Shown piece after piece: positions 38,513 to 53,463 of a DNA stretch of 64,000 bases. A program made the position numbers and the translations under genes. The stretch is taken from NCBI RefSeq assembly GCF_036321535.1, contig NC_087437.1:95730001-95794000 (forward strand), given 5' to 3'. Within the stretch, counting starts at the first letter, position 1, and each line of letters begins with the position of its first letter. The notes under the pieces were generated by a model. It saw only the letters and a program-made list of their open reading frames with translations, did not search any database and was not told where the DNA came from. The DNA comes from Camelus dromedarius (Eukaryota).

Positions 38513-41500
38513 AAACCTCTCACTTTTTAACTCTCTCAGCAATTACTTACATTAAAAATTAATTTTGGGCTTAGACTTGAAAATGAACATAGTTCCCAAT
38601 AAATAAATTGCAGATAGCAACTAGTGACAAAAAAAACAAGGATGCAAACTAAAATTTAGGGTAGTATATTTGATGTAAAACATCTAAAAACATACTGGAC
38701 AGTGTCTGATAAATATTTAGACCTTTGTGTGGGCAGCTGTGCCAAATCTACCATGTGGACAGGTATAGTGTTTTAAAATTTTTCAAATTAAAAATGTCTT
38801 TGAGTGGGACAGGTAATTTCCAGTTTTACTCAGAAGACTCTCCACCAGAACCTCCCAAGCTCAGCCTCAGCCCCAAACTTTGTATTGCCTTGGATCACAT
38901 ATTTCTGTTATCTACATAGTTCCTCTGGACACCTCTGATTTATGGATTAACTTAAGAAACTGTATATAAAACTACTGAGACTAATTGCCTATAAATATAG
39001 ATAATTTTGAAATATCTAACTTTAAAAAAATTTACAGAACTTTAAAATTACTCAATGTTTAGATATTTGAATCAGACTTTAACAACTATTCCCTTGGGAA
39101 TATATGTGTGTACGCATGTGTGTATGTGTTTAACTAGCTCTTACTGAGGCACTTATATGTACCAGATACTCAGGTTTATCTTATAAATATTAGTTCACTT
39201 ATCCATCTCCTCCATGAGTAAGAATTGTCTTTTACTCAATTTTTATTACCAATGTCTAAGATATACTACACCTTTAATGTTTATTGAATGAATATTTGTA
39301 CACATTGAGAGCTAATATGCAATTAGTAAGAAAAGCTCTTCTAGCAAATTAGATACGAGGTATCTGAAATGCCCAAGTGGCTTCAGGCATACTGTGGCTT
39401 TACTCTTATATTCTATACCACAATGATATAAAGAACTAAATCCTGAGAACATTAAAAAAAGTAATTTCTGTGTTTAGATTTTTTTTTCTGATGCAGTACT
39501 GCCATTACCAAATCCTGCTTTAAATTTTTTTTTAAATTCCCATTTAAAAAAATGTTTTATTCAAATATATTGGTTATTTAGGGAAGATGCAATGTTGTCA
39601 GAATATACTGCAGTGTGATTGTTCTTTTTTCAATTTCATAAAAGCAGTTTCTCAAAGGCTGACATCTTCAACATGTAGTTCAATACAGAGCAAATGTTTG
39701 TAACTGAGGTATAAACCTCTTGAAGCATGGAGGTGGTGGCAGAGTGTTAGCTGTGAGCAGTACCATTATATAATCAATTATAGCAACATGCGATGGACCT
39801 AACACATAGAACTGTTCGGTAACCTGCATTTGGAATAAAGATTTGCTCATTTCATTTCATCTCCCAATAGCAGCCTTAATTATTTACAGGGATATAAAGA
39901 ATAGATGGATAAAACTATAAGAGCGTTTCAGTAGAATATATTTGCATGGTTACAAATGGGTGAGTGGAAAATTTAAGTCTATTTGCTTTTAAAATCATTG
40001 ATGATAATAATTTCAAAGCATGCATTAGAATTAGCATAAACAACATTTTTTTAAAAAACACTTGCTGACTTTGCTTCAGGGAGACTTATTTTCCCATTGA
40101 AAATGTGTGATATAATTGACTTATGTTTCAGAAAATTTTTAAGAGAAGCAGAGAATTAGAAACTATTCTATCCATAGTGACAGGTGTTTTTGTTCTCTCT
40201 GAAGAAAATAATAGTTTCACAATTTTTTTTAGTATATTTTTGGGAAAGATTATGAAAAATAAAAACCTTTGAAACTCTAGGGTATTTTGTTAAATTGACT
40301 TTTTTAAGTTGTTCTTTGGATTGAACCATAAAATATTTAAATGATCAATGGATTACAAGCAAGTTTATCCCTTCTTCAAGGGATATTAATGAGACTTTAC
40401 AGTTTGCTCATCCTCAGCCTAACATACTATCATTGGTCCTGACCCAAGTATAAACAGTATGCCCTGCTGATCAGCTCGTCTTACTCTTTGAATCTTGGAA
40501 GATATCTCCAATCTAGAAACATCTGATGAATGCAACTCTGAGTTATTCTGGAGCTCTTTAACTCTAATGAGTTTCTGGTATTCTCTCACCAGAAGTATAT
40601 ATGATGGAGTGAGGTCTGGATGAGGGAAGAAAATATGGCTTTTACTTTAAATTATATTGAGAAGGTAATGTCTACTATTTTTGTTTAATGCTCATGGTCA
40701 GTAATTACATTATTAATGTAAACTTGTGCACGTATATGCAGGTGTTTTTGTAATTAACTTCACATAGTCATTTTTTAATTTGAACTTTTCAACTTTCGAA
40801 AACAATCACAATTTTTTAATGTCTGGAATTCGTACTATACAATACTATGTAGTTAGGAATTTGAATATGAATGTTGGCTCTAAAAAATGTATCACTGTAT
40901 AAATAGCTTTCTTTTTAATTCAACAGCCTATACAATTTCTATTCTAGCAAGTATATTTTTATCACAAATATAGGACTATTTGTTTCATATTGACTTCTAT
41001 ATAAATAAGTTGCATATTTTAAATAAAATTGATATATTTTCTTGTGTTCATTGATATTAGAGTTAGGAGATTAGATACATTAGTTAAATGGACTAGATAT
41101 TTATTCAGTGAGCTTGAGATGGAAGAAAATAAAAATGTGTGAAGAATTAGGGAGTAATATTTGGGGCTTTGGGGTAAAATTTCATCTTCTAATACTCTAC
41201 AGAAAATGAAAACTTAATATGACTAAGGATTAAGGGGTAAACAAAAGTAGCATTTCCTGGAAACGTACAATCTCACTATAGAAATTTATCAGGGCACCAA
41301 ACCATTTTACTTAAAGCAAAATAGTGACAAAGTACATATGGGGATGTTTATATGGAATAAAATATTTTATACAGAAGGAATGACTGTGATTTAAATATTG
41401 AATGCTTATTTTTTGTTTGTTTTGTTTTTCATGCATTTAATGTGATTTTCTAAGTAAAGGGAGATAATAGAGAATAATGACCCTCCTTACAACTAGATTA

Positions 41501-42104
41501 ACAATGATTCACATTTTATCACTTTCTGTTCTAATACTTTCTAGCTAAAATGTTTAAAACCATCACTAACATGCTATTTTCATCACCAAATATTTCAGTA
41601 TGTTTGTCTAAAAACATAAGGATATTTCTTATATGATGACAATATTAACTTTATAACCAAATTTCTGTAATAGTCACAAAAATTATCCCTACTTGTTGAT
41701 TTGTTCAAATGAGGTGCGTCTCTGCTGGTTTTTCTGTCTCCCCAAGGCAGCAGGAGATAGTTCACTGACCTCTCTACCTCCAGCCCTCCCCTCTCTCCTG
41801 GGCTAGTCCGGGAAAAATAGGGCATCCACACCTGCATGGAGAACATGATTGGTATCAAGTTTATTCCGCCCACTGACTTTATCCTGCCTAGTGCTAACCT
41901 ATGGGAGTTTTATTAAGTCTGAGAGAAAGGAAAATTGTTTTTTATAAAACCAATTGTTTTGCCAGCTAATAGTCTACAACTTTAAATCTTGATCAGTAGA
42001 CTCTGGTACCCCAAAATGTTCTTAGTCTCAAAACAGATTCCCTTTATATTGAGTTCCAAAAGTTACTCTTGAAATAAAAGGTAAATATTAAACAAGCTTA
42101 AGTT

Positions 42105-45100
42105 TCTTTTTAAAAATGTTTGATTGTAATATGATCAATTTACAATATTGTGTTACTTTCTGGTGTATAATATAGTGATTAAGTTATACATATGTGTGCA
42201 TTTCTATTCATATTCTTTTTCATTATAGGTTATTATAAGATACTGAATATAGTTCCCTGTGCTAAACAGTAGGACCTTGTTGTTTATCTATTTTATATAC
42301 AGTAGTTAGTATTGGCAAATCCCAAACTCCCAATTTATCTCTCCCTACCCCTTTCCCCTCTGGTAATCATAAATTTGTTTTCTATGTCTGTGAGTATGTT
42401 TCTGACTTGTAAATAAGTTCATTTTTTTAAGATTTCACATATAAGTGATATCATATGGTATTTTTCTTCCTCTTTCTGGCTTACTTCATTTAGTATGATC
42501 ATCTCTAGGTATATTCATGTTGCTGCAAATGGCATTATTTCATTCTTCTTCATGGCTGAGTAATATGCCATTGTATATATTCACCACAGCTTCTTTATCC
42601 AGCCATCTGTTAATGGACATTTAGGTTGCTTCCATGTCTTGACTATTGTAAATAGTGCTGCTATGAATATTGGGGTACATGTATCCTTTTGAATTAGAGT
42701 TCCCTCCAGATATATGTCCTGGAGTGGGATTGCTGGATCATATGATAACTCTATTTTTACTTTTTTAAGGAATCTCCATACTGTTTTCCACAGTGGCTGC
42801 ATCAAACTACATTCCCACCAGCAGTGTAGGAGTGTTCCCTTTTCTCCACATCTTCTCCAGTATTTATCTTTTGTGGATTTTTGAATGATGACCATTCTGA
42901 TTGGTATGAGGTGATATCTCACTGAAGTTTTGATTTGCATTTCTCTGATAATTAGTAATATTGAGCATTTTTTCAGGTGCCAATTGGCCATCTGTATGTC
43001 TTCATTGGAGAATTGTTTTTTAGGTCTTTTGCCCATTTTTGGATTGGATTGTTAATTTTTCTGTTTCTGAGTTGTGTGAGCTATTCTGGAAATTAAGCCC
43101 TTGCCAGTCACATCATTTGCAAATATTTTCTCCCATTTTGTAAGTTGTCTTTTTGTTTTGTTTATAGTTTTCTTTGCTGTGCAAAAGCTTGTAAGTTTAA
43201 TTAGGTTCCATTTGCTTATTTTTGCTTGTATTTCTGTTGCCTTGGCAGACTGCCCTAGGAGAATATTGCTGCAATGTATGTCAGAGAATGTTTTCCTAGG
43301 TTCTCTTTTAGGAGGTTTACTGTTACCTGTCTTATGTTTAAGTCTTTAAACCATTTTGAGTTTATTTTTGTGTATGGTGTGAGGGAGTGTGCTAACTACA
43401 TTGATTTACATGTGACTGTTGAGCTTTCCCAAAACCACTTGCTGAAGAGACTGTCTCTTCTCCATTGTATATTCTTGCCTCCTTTGTCAAAGATTAATTG
43501 ACTGTAGGTGTGTGGGTTTATTTCTGGGCTTTCTATTCTGTTCCATTGATTCATATGTCTGTTTTTGTGCCAATACCATGGTGTTTTGATTAATGTAGCT
43601 GTGTAGTACTGTCTGAAATCTGTGAGGGTTATGATTCCAGCTTCGTTCTTTTTCTTCAATATTGCTTTGGCAATTCTGGGTTTTTTTGTTTTTTGTTTTG
43701 TGTGTGTGTGTGATTCCATATAAATTTTAGGATTATTTGTTCTAGTTCTGTGAAAAATATCCTGGGTACTTTGGTAGGAATCACATTAAATCTATAGATT
43801 GCATAGGGTAATATGGCCATTTTAATAATATTAATTCTTCCAATCCAGGAACATGGGATATCTTTTTATTTCTTTAAATTATCTTTAATTTCCTTAATCA
43901 GTGTTTTATAGTTCTCTGCTTATAAGTCTTTCACCTCCTTGGTCAGGTTAATTCCTAAGTATTTTATTTTTTTGATACAATTTTAAAAGAGATTGTTTCT
44001 TTACTTTCCTTTTCTGATATGCCATTGTTAGTGTAAAGAAATGCAATTGATTACTGTATGTTACTCTTGTATTCTGCTACCTTGCTCAATTCATTTGTAA
44101 GCTCTAGTAGTTTTTCTGTGGAGCCGTTAGATTTTCTATATATAATACCATGTCATCTGTATATAGTGATAATTTTACCTCTTCTCTTCCAATTTGGATC
44201 CTTTTTATTTCTTTTTTGTGCCTGATTGCTATGACTAGGACTTCCAATACTATATTGAATGGAAGTGGTGAGAGTGGGCATCTTTGTCTTGTTCCATATT
44301 TTAGTGGGAAGGATTTCAACTTTTCATTGTGGACTGTTACGTTGGCTTTGGGTTTGTCATAAATAGCTTTGGTTATGTTGAGATATGTCCCCTATTTTGG
44401 TAAGAGTTTTTATCATGAATGGATGTTGAATTTTATCAAATGCTTTTTTGAATCTATTGAGATGATCATGTGATTTTCGTCCTTTCTTTTGTTGATATGG
44501 TATATCATGTTGATTGATTTGCTATATGTTGTGTACCTGGGATAAATCCAATTTGATCATAGTGTATAATCTTTTTTATGTGTTGTTGAATTCTGTTTGC
44601 TGATATTTTCTTGAGAAATTCTGCATCTATATTCATCAGAGATATTGGCCTGTAAGTTTCCTTTTTCGTAATGTCTTTATCTGGTTTTAGTATCAGGGTA
44701 ATGGTGGCTTCATAGAATAAGTATGGAAGTGTTCCCTCATTTGCAATCTTTTGGAAGAGTTTGAGAAGGATTGGTGTAAGTTCTTCTTTGTGTATTTGGT
44801 AGAATTCCCCAGTGAATCCATCTGGTTCCAGACTTTTGTTTTCAGAGAGGCTTTTTTGTTTGCTTGTTTTGTTTTGTTTTCTTTTTTTTTATTATTACTG
44901 ATTCTAGTTTACTTCTAATGATTGGTCTGTTCAAATGATCTATTTCTTCTTCATTCAGATTTGGTGGACTGTATGTTTCTAGAAATCTGTCCATTTCTTC
45001 TAGGTTTTCCAGTTTAATGATATATGAACTGTTCACAGTATTTTTAGCTTATGATCTTTTGTATTTCTGCAGTATTGGTTGTTATTTATCCTCTCTGATA

Positions 45101-46620
45101 TCTTATTTTTGTTTATTTAGGTTCTGTCTCTTTTCTTCTTGGTGAGCCTGGCCAGAGGTTTGTCAATTTGGTTTGTTTTTTCAAAAAACCAGCTCTTGGT
45201 TTTATTGATATTTTCTATAATTTTTTAATCTCTATTTTATTTCCTCCCTGATCTTTATTATTTCTTTCCTTCCATTGACTTGAGGTATTATTTGTCCTTT
45301 TCTTCTAATTCTTTTAAGTAGTAGGTTAGGTTGTTTATTTTTCTTGGTTTTTGAGGAATGCCTGTCTTGCTATGAACTTCCCTCTTAGGACTGCTTTTGC
45401 TGCATCCCATAGATTTTGTGTGGTTGTGTATTCATTGTCATTTGTCTCAAGGTATTTTTTAATTTCCTCTTTGGTCTCATCATTGACACATTGGGTTTTT
45501 AGTTGCATGTTGTTTAGTCTCCATGCAATAATTTGTTTCTGATTTCTCTTTCTGTGGTTGATTTCTCGTTTCATGCCATTATAGTTAAAAAAGATGCTTG
45601 AAATAATTTCTATCCTTTTAAATTTGTTGAGGCTTGTATTGTGTCTAATTTTGTGGTCTGTCCCAGAGAATGTTCCATGTGCTCTTGAAAAGAATGTATA
45701 TTCTGAGATTATTTTGGATGTAATTTCCTGAAAATATTAATTAAGTCTAACATTCTGTTGTGTCATTTTGTATCTCCATTGCCTTATTGATTTTCTGTCT
45801 GAAAGACCTGTCCAATGATATTAGTGGGAAGTTAAAGTCTCCTATTATTGTAGTCCCATTAATATCTCCCTTCATGTCTGTTAGCATTTCTTTTATGTAG
45901 TTAGGTGCTCCTATGTTTGGTGCATATATATTAACAAGCATAATATCCTTTTTATCATTCTATAGTCTCATTCTTTATCTTTCTTTATGGCCTTTGTTTT
46001 AAAGTCTATTTTGTCTGATATGAGTATTGCTACCCCCACTTTCTTGTCATTTCCATATGCATGAAATATCTTTTTCTATTCTCTCACTTTCAATCTATGT
46101 GTGTCCTTCACCCTAAAGTTAGTCTTTTGTAGGCAGCATGTTGTAGGCTCTTATTTTACTATCCAATCTGCTACTCTGTGTCTTGTGATTGGAACATTTA
46201 GTCCAGTGACATTTACTGTAATTGTAGATAGGTATGTGTTTATTGCCATTTTAAACTCTGTATTCCAGTTAATTTTGTGTTTCTTCTTTGTTCCTTTTTT
46301 TTTCTTGTTGTTCCTTTTTTGGCTAGATGATTTTCTTTTGTATTATGCTTAGTTTCTTTTCTTTTAGGTTTCTGTGATTCTATTGTATGTTTTTGATTTG
46401 TGGTTACCCTGTTTCTCAAGTATGTTACTACCATTACTTTATCTACTTCTTTAGACTGGTAATCATATAACCTCAGACACATTCCAAGCAGAAAAAAAAA
46501 TACATTTTCTTTCTCCCCTCTCCCTTACTTTATGATTTTGATGTCCTCTTTTACATTTTTCTTTGTTCTTTTGCTATTCATTGTAGTTATTGCATTTCCA
46601 ATTGTGATTCTCTCTTTTCT
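42105..46620 (-). mobile_element. ~4.5 kb 5'-truncated L1, frameshifted ORF2 (EN, RT, C-terminal) plus 3' UTR
   Basis: Peptides LVNIYAPNIGAP...GDFN (endonuclease), [20 protein letters not shown]...LYTDDM (RT) and LLHCWWEC (C-terminal), with many stops and frameshifts. Confidence 0.95.
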
Positions 46621-47539
46621 GTAGATTCTTGCTTCTTAACACATTGTTAACACATTTATAAAGAATAAAAGAAAATAATAAATCTGCTTTCCTTTTTTAA
46701 TATTAATAGGCTCTAATCCTCAAATACTGGTGATAAACAGAACTGATCACAAATGGGTAAATTCCTCTTGATAGACACATTCTGTTATATGGGCATTTGT
46801 TAATTTATCTGCAATATATACCACATTAGTTGATTTATGGTTATTTGAAAGAAAGTTCAATTAATGAGTGAGAATGTGGAATGTAATTAAGAAATCTCTT
46901 CTTTACTGTTTCTTTTCAAGCTGGAGGACAGTTCTGAATGGATGAGACAACATCTATTACAATGCCATCTATTAGAGTTAGATAATTAAGAATGAAGCAC
47001 CCAATAAAGTATCACTGCTACAGGCAGAAGTCCATGGACCATCAGGCAGAAATGAGAAGAACTGAGTGTCACAATTATGAAGAAGATTGTCATGAGCCCA
47101 GTTTTTATTGATCCAAGATAAGAGAATTATTCTCTATGAATAGGATGCTGCACATCTGACTAGAATTAGCTCTTCATAGGCACGAGGAACCAAGAAACCT
47201 TTTCTGTTGCCAGTAAGTTGAAGTTTTCCATAGTGCTTAGAAATAAAAATTTTAAAGCAACAGTTGTTCTATATAAAAGCTTTGGCATAGATCTTATTTT
47301 TAAAGGCCAGATCTTCATATCCCCTGAGGATGAATACAAGCCGAGTCTTTGTAGTATGTTTTCCAAATTGCTGTTCTACTTTCACCTCTCTCCAGAGAAG
47401 AATGTACACCAAAGATGCAGAACAGACCCATTTTCTTTGACTCAGCATGTTAACTATATTGAAGAATTTTCTCTCAGCTCTACATTTACATGAGTCATTC
47501 AATCTGAATCACTTCTGAATCTACAGCATTTTCTTAAAG

Positions 47540-47696
47540 AACTGTATTAAAATCAATGGGGTGCTTGTTAAAAATGCAAATTCCAGTGAGTCTTTCACAG
47601 ACCCACTGAAGCAGATTCTTTGGGGATAGGGCAAGGCAGCCTGTGTTTTTAAGAAGCAGTGATTCTTTTCCTCATAAACCTTTGAAAAACACTGAT
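47540..47696. mobile_element. MER5-type hAT-Charlie fragment
   Basis: ggggtgcttgttaaaaatgcaaattcc...acccactgaagcaga...ctttgaaaaacactg. Confidence 0.7.
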
Positions 47697-47861
47697 TTGT
47701 AGTTTTTTATTTGTTTTAGGACAGTAGGTGCTTCCTAAGCTATTTGAATGATACATTTCTATATGGAGGACTGAAAGGAGTAAAATGGGTCTCTTCCTTT
47801 TCTTTTCAGTGGCTTCCTCAAACAAAAGTCAGGTACCATCTTAACATTGGTTGTTCACTCT

Positions 47862-50800
47862 CTCATCCAATAGGACATTCAGCAAGCAGCTACTGAGTAT
47901 CTCTACTACACTGCTAGGTTATGGGGCTAACACAGCCAACACAACACACACAAAATTCCCTTTGCACCACTGGAGACTTTATTTCTAGTGGGGAAGATAG
48001 ATAAGAAGCACAATGAAGAAGAAAATACATAGAGTATATTAGATGGTGATGAGTACTTAAGAAAGAAAGTAAGTAGAGAATAAGACTGTGGAGAAGAAGA
48101 GGAATGTGTTAAAATTTTAAATGTGATATCTAAAGAAGGGCAGATTTAGAAGGTAATTTTCAAATAGGAATCTGATGGGAATGAGGGAGCTAGTTGTATT
48201 GGCAACTGGAGGGTGCTCTCGATGAAGAAAGAACAAATGTGAAGATCTAGAGGTAAAAGAGGGTTCAGCAAGTTCAAGGGAGCAGGGCCAGCATGTCTAG
48301 AGTGAGGTGAATGAGAAAAGCAGGGGGTCAGGAGTGGCTGGTGGAGATGGAGCACAGAGGACCTTGTAGAAGTCCACGTGATCAGCAGTTTGGGGGTCCA
48401 CTTTACCTTTCACTCTTGAGTAAATTGGAAGTTAATCAGGTATTTTCAGTAGGTTGCATTGAGACTTTTCTGAAGAGAGCAAGAGAAGAAACAAGGTGAC
48501 TATCTGGGAGGCTTTTGCTAAAGTTTAGGCAAGAGAGAGTGAGTTTTGGGAATCTGGAGGGAGTGGTAGAAGGAAAGAGGAGAGAAATAGCTATCCTCTG
48601 GATATATGGGGAAGGAAAGAAAGAGGGAAACTAAGGATGACTCCAGGGTTTGTGGCCTGAGTCCCTGAAGGGAGATGTTGCCAGTAACTTAAAGAAAAAA
48701 GTAGGATTTGTCTATGTGGAGAACGTTTAGTACAGCAGTAGGGGCAGAAACTTACTAGGGTAGATTTAAGAGAAACTGGGAGGAGAGAAATTGGAGACAG
48801 TGATTAACAACTTCAGCTTTAAAGAACAAAAATGGTGTGAAAGTTCAAATACTGGCGTGGAAAGGGGATTAAAAGAGTTTAGTTTGTTTTATTATTTTAA
48901 GAAAGAAATAACTGTATGTTTAAGTGAGGATGAGAATGAACCACTTTAGAGAGAAAAGACATGACTGAATAAAAAGCAGAGAAAATTGCTGAAGCAATGC
49001 CTTTCAGAATTCAAGGGTAGATAGGATTTATTGTACAATTGCAAGGTTTTGCCTAAGTTTATAGCACACATAGCATCCAAATGTGACAAGAATAAAGGGA
49101 GAGTTTTCTTGGACAAAGTCTTGAGCCAATGTTGTGGTAGAATTTTGTAGGTTTTTTTGTTTGCTTGCTTGCTTGTTTGTTTCTGCTTTGTCAGTGAAGG
49201 AGGAAACAAACTGTCATGGTTAATTTTATGTGTCATCTTGACTGGGCCGCGGGGTTCCCAGAAATTGGCTAAGCATTATTTCTGCATGTGTCTGTGAGAG
49301 TGTTTGTAGATGAGATTAACATTTGAATTGGGAGACTGGGTAAAGCAGGTTGCTCTCCACGATGTGAGTGGGCCTCCTCTAATCTATCAAAGGCCTGAAT
49401 CAAATATAAGGCTGAGTAAGAAAGAATTTTCATTCTCTTCCTGATTATCTTCAAGCTTAAGGCACTTGTCTTCTCCTGCCTCCAGGATCAAACTCAGACT
49501 GGGACTAGGACTATCATATCAGGAGCTCTGCTAGGTCTCTAGTTTTCTGACTGCAGATCTGAGGGCTTCTCAGCTTCCATAATTGTATGAGCCAGTTCCT
49601 TATAATAAATATGCTTACATATATGCTATTGGTTCTGTTCTGTGGATAACTCAGACTAATACACAGGGTCAATAGGTAGGAATGAGGATTGTCAGAGGCT
49701 TGAGAGGAGAAGCTCTAAAATAGCAGAAAAGGCAAGGAAATGTACCAGGAATATGTTCAATGATTTCCTGGAAGTATTGGAGGTCTGTGGCTATATATTT
49801 AAACTAACATAATTCTGCACAATTTGTACATGCTTTGATTTTGTTTTGTTTTACTTTTCTTCACTATGTACAACAGCATGGGTTCTGGCATTCATACATG
49901 GAGGATTGGATATAACCAGGGCTGTGGCTTAGCTATACAAGTACTCGAAAACAAACAGGGAAAGGGAAATTGAGAATATATTCAAAGGAGTAATTACCAT
50001 GATTGGCCATCTAATTAAAGCTGAGGAAGAGAGGACAAGATGGAGATGAGGGTACTGAAAAGTTGGTGGTATCCAAAGATTGGAGGTAGGGTAAAAGGAA
50101 TATTGGGGTTAGTGTTGTCATGTGAAATGGTGAGTTTCAAAGACTTAGTGTATTAGTGCACTATTGGAGATTGATATTATGGAACAATTACAGTTATTAG
50201 TGATGAGAGGTTCAAAGAAATGACCACGTGCTTGTGACTGAGTGGCTATGGCAGAATGGGGAGCACTAGAGGGGAAAAGATCAAGGAACTGAGAGTTTAG
50301 GACAATGAAAGGATAAATTCATCAATTTGAATTCACTAAGAATTACGAGAAGAATGAGTGACAATGGGCCAAGAATCTATAATTTTCAAAGTATATAGTT
50401 GGAGTGGGGTGGGGTTGATGTAGTAAATCATGCTACAAAGTGGGATGGTAAAAGGTGCAATTTAATGACATGAAATACAAAACCTGGGATTGTAAAGGGT
50501 AGTAATGAGGACACCTACCCAATCCTTCTGCCCAGTGGTACTAAGAACATCAGAGAAAAACAGCCATCATTTTAGGGGGCTACAGGGGTATCTGTGTCCT
50601 CAGTAAAGGTAAATGTTTTCCCTAGAGCATAAAGAAAAAGGGATGATAATGAGAAGAATTTGAATTTATAGGAGATTTGATCTTAAGTCCCAGCAGGCAC
50701 ACTGAGAGGGTTTTAGTAAGTGGGAAGAGGAGGAGATGGAGTTAGAAAAGAAGATGTGCAGAGTCTTATGTGGATTAGCATCCGGTGGATTTGGGTTAAC

Positions 50801-50900
50801 CTGGGATTGGTGTGTATGTGGTGACTGTCGTGGATACAGATGAGGGCTTAGTGAGATGAGTCCTGATGGTCACTGGCAGGGGATGATGGAGTGGCTGTGA
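47862..50900 (-). mobile_element. Long decayed L2, interrupted by MLT2
   Basis: L2 tail cattcagcaagcagctactgag...ggagactttatttctagtggggaaga; ctaaggatgactccagggtttgtggcctgag. The purine-rich tract continues after the MLT2, where the assignment is less certain. Confidence 0.65.
49212..49663 (+). mobile_element. MLT2 (ERVL) solo LTR
   Basis: tgtcatggttaattttatgtgtcatcttgactgggcc...gatgagattaacatttgaatt...ctattggttctgtt...gactaataca. Confidence 0.9.
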
Positions 50901-51574
50901 GCAAGGGAAGCAGGGTTCCAGGCATGTCCCATCAGTCCTACAAGGGACCAAGGGTTCCACTCATCTCCTGATCAAAGTATGGAATTTTGCCAAAAAAGTG
51001 TCCTTAGTCTAAATTCTAAAGAAGGATGGGTTTATTCAAGTACAATAGCCGTCCTTTGTCAGTTGCTGAATAGTGGCCTGCAAAAGCGTATTATATTAAA
51101 TAGATAGATAAATAAATCAATAAGTGAAAAATATCCTCTCTGCTATAGTTTTAGCATTGTATCCTAAATCTACCCTGTGTAAATAGGCCACGCAGGCCTA
51201 CATTACATTGACATACACAGTTCAATTTTTCCAAATATATTAATGTGATTTGTGGACTAAATTAACATTTTTATAGTATCCCCATGGATATTGGCAGGAG
51301 ACAAGTCATGTATATATAAAGCCTTGTGCCAGGATAACTGGAGTATGAGTCTTACTGTTTAGGTTAGTGTGAGTAAATCTAGGTAGTCAATATTTCAACT
51401 CCACCTTGACTTGTTTAATGAAAATATTACATTGGAAAAATCATAACAGACTATTATTCTTTGCTTAAACATGGATGTCTAATTGTACTCTGTGAGTAAT
51501 TAATAGTGAACAAAAGAAGAATATTATCAAATCGCTAGGTACACAAATGTAGGTAGAAATGTGGGCAACATTTT

Positions 51575-51690
51575 AAAAAAAGAATATAAGAAGGAATATA
51601 TGTATGTATATGTATGAGTGAAACATTATGCTGCTCACCAGAAACTGACACAACATTGTAAACCAATTATACTTCAATTTAAAAAAAAAT
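51575..51690 (+). mobile_element. Extremely 5'-truncated L1 3' tail
   Basis: gaatatatgtatgtatatgtatgagtgaaaca...ccagaaactgacacaacattgtaaa...tatacttcaatttaaaaaaaaa, homologous to 37075-37170. Confidence 0.85.
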
Positions 51691-53419
51691 AAGGAAAGAG
51701 AGCTAAAAAAATACAGAGAGAATCAGGACATGGTATTAGATTATACAACTGAGAAGCGTCCTTCACGATCCTTTGTTTATAAAGACATTTCCCAAGAATC
51801 ACCATAAACAAAACCTCAAATAGTATACTGAAAACACTAAAAGTGTTTAGAAAAATGTCTAAATATATGAAATATTTCAGACAAAGATTTTAAGTACAAG
51901 AGTTTTCCTTGGCTTCATATCAAGACAAACTGTTCACTGAAAGGGCAGCTTCTCCCGGGTGTCGGGAACAACTGTTAGTCTCCTGTGAACTGAGTATCCT
52001 TTGTTCAGTTCATAAAAAAGTTTTGTTTTTCTTGGAAAACAAAGCATACAACTTTTTTTGAGTTAGCTCCCTAACACTTAGGAGACACAAATTATGTTTT
52101 GGTTTTCAGACAAAGGAAATTTTTATTCTTACCATATAGGTATTGTTGTTTAGAGAGAATTGCTTGGGGGGTTTTAAAACAAAGAAACTAAGATTGTACT
52201 GCAGAGCTATATTACCAACATTTTCAATTGCGTCATTTATAAAAAGGATAATATTTGAAACTGCTATATGTAAAGTTAACATATCATTTACTTCCACTTG
52301 GAAAATCGGTGTTATTAGTAATGGTAATATAACATATTAATTGGTAGTCTGTGCTTTGCGTTAAAATTTTGATTGACAATTTAAAAAAAATCATAAATTG
52401 GAGGAAGTCAATATAAAATCAAACATCTTTTCTCTTATTCTTTCCTTTAATGCTTCTTTCATTAAACAATTATTGTCTTTTATGTCCCTTGTGGTTTGCT
52501 ATGCATTGGGAAAACACAGTAGGTGTAATCGTTATGGTCCCCGTTTCAATGTATTTAGATGAGATAAAGAAAAACAAAGAGGCAATTATAATACTGAGTG
52601 ATAATCAGAATTATAGGAACAGTACAGGATCTGGCATGTAGAGAATCAAATTAACCCACACTTAGCAGTTTGGAAAAGACTTCCTAAATGAATGGTGGTC
52701 AAAGCTGAAATTTAGAGGATAAACAGGGATTACACTAGCGAAATAGCAAGGCGGTGCTTACAAGCAGGGACTATCATTATCTTTCATGATTTCTTTGATT
52801 GTAAATAATAGGAAGGCATCTTAAATGGATTTTGGTAAAGGAAGAATTTATTTCTGATAGAATCCAAGAGAGAGTTAAACAATGAACTTAAGAACGTGTA
52901 AGGTTGCAGCGGAAACTTAGAACAATCTTTTTCTTTTTTCTTCTCTTCGCACATTGGCTTCATACTCTGTCACTGCAAACTGACTTTTATTTCAAATGGC
53001 AGGGAAAAAAACCCTTGATGTTGACTCTATGAATTTAAAGTTCTAAAATCTGGGGATAGATTAACTGGTTCAGCCTGTGTCTGCTTCCCATTCCTAAATG
53101 AATAGACTGTGACCAGAGTGGTGGGATGATGTGAGAATTTTAAAACAACTGCAGTAATCACGTTTTGGTGAGTGGGAGAAGCTGTGATTGCTCCAGGAAA
53201 TTGGTCATGGGTGGCAGTACCATTGATGTCTGTGATACAGCATTTCAATTACAAACAGCCTTCTGATAATATTTCAAATCTAACTGAGATTGTATTTACT
53301 ATTTTACTCAAAATACAAATGATTTAATAGGATAATATTTTTTTCCTCAAAATATAAAATTTATTTTATTTGGTTACTTTTAAAAACACCTCTATCTTAC
53401 TATACAGACACATCTATTC

Positions 53420-53422
<3 letters not shown>

Positions 53423-53459
<37 letters not shown>
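53423..53459. repeat. (TA)n microsatellite
   Basis: Directly visible. Confidence 0.95.

Positions 53460-53463
<4 letters not shown>

Noticed and set aside
42105..46620. Active L1 or novel reverse transcriptase system
   Set aside because: It is 5'-truncated with no promoter or ORF1, and ORF2 is fragmented by stops and frameshifts. I found no clear TSD.
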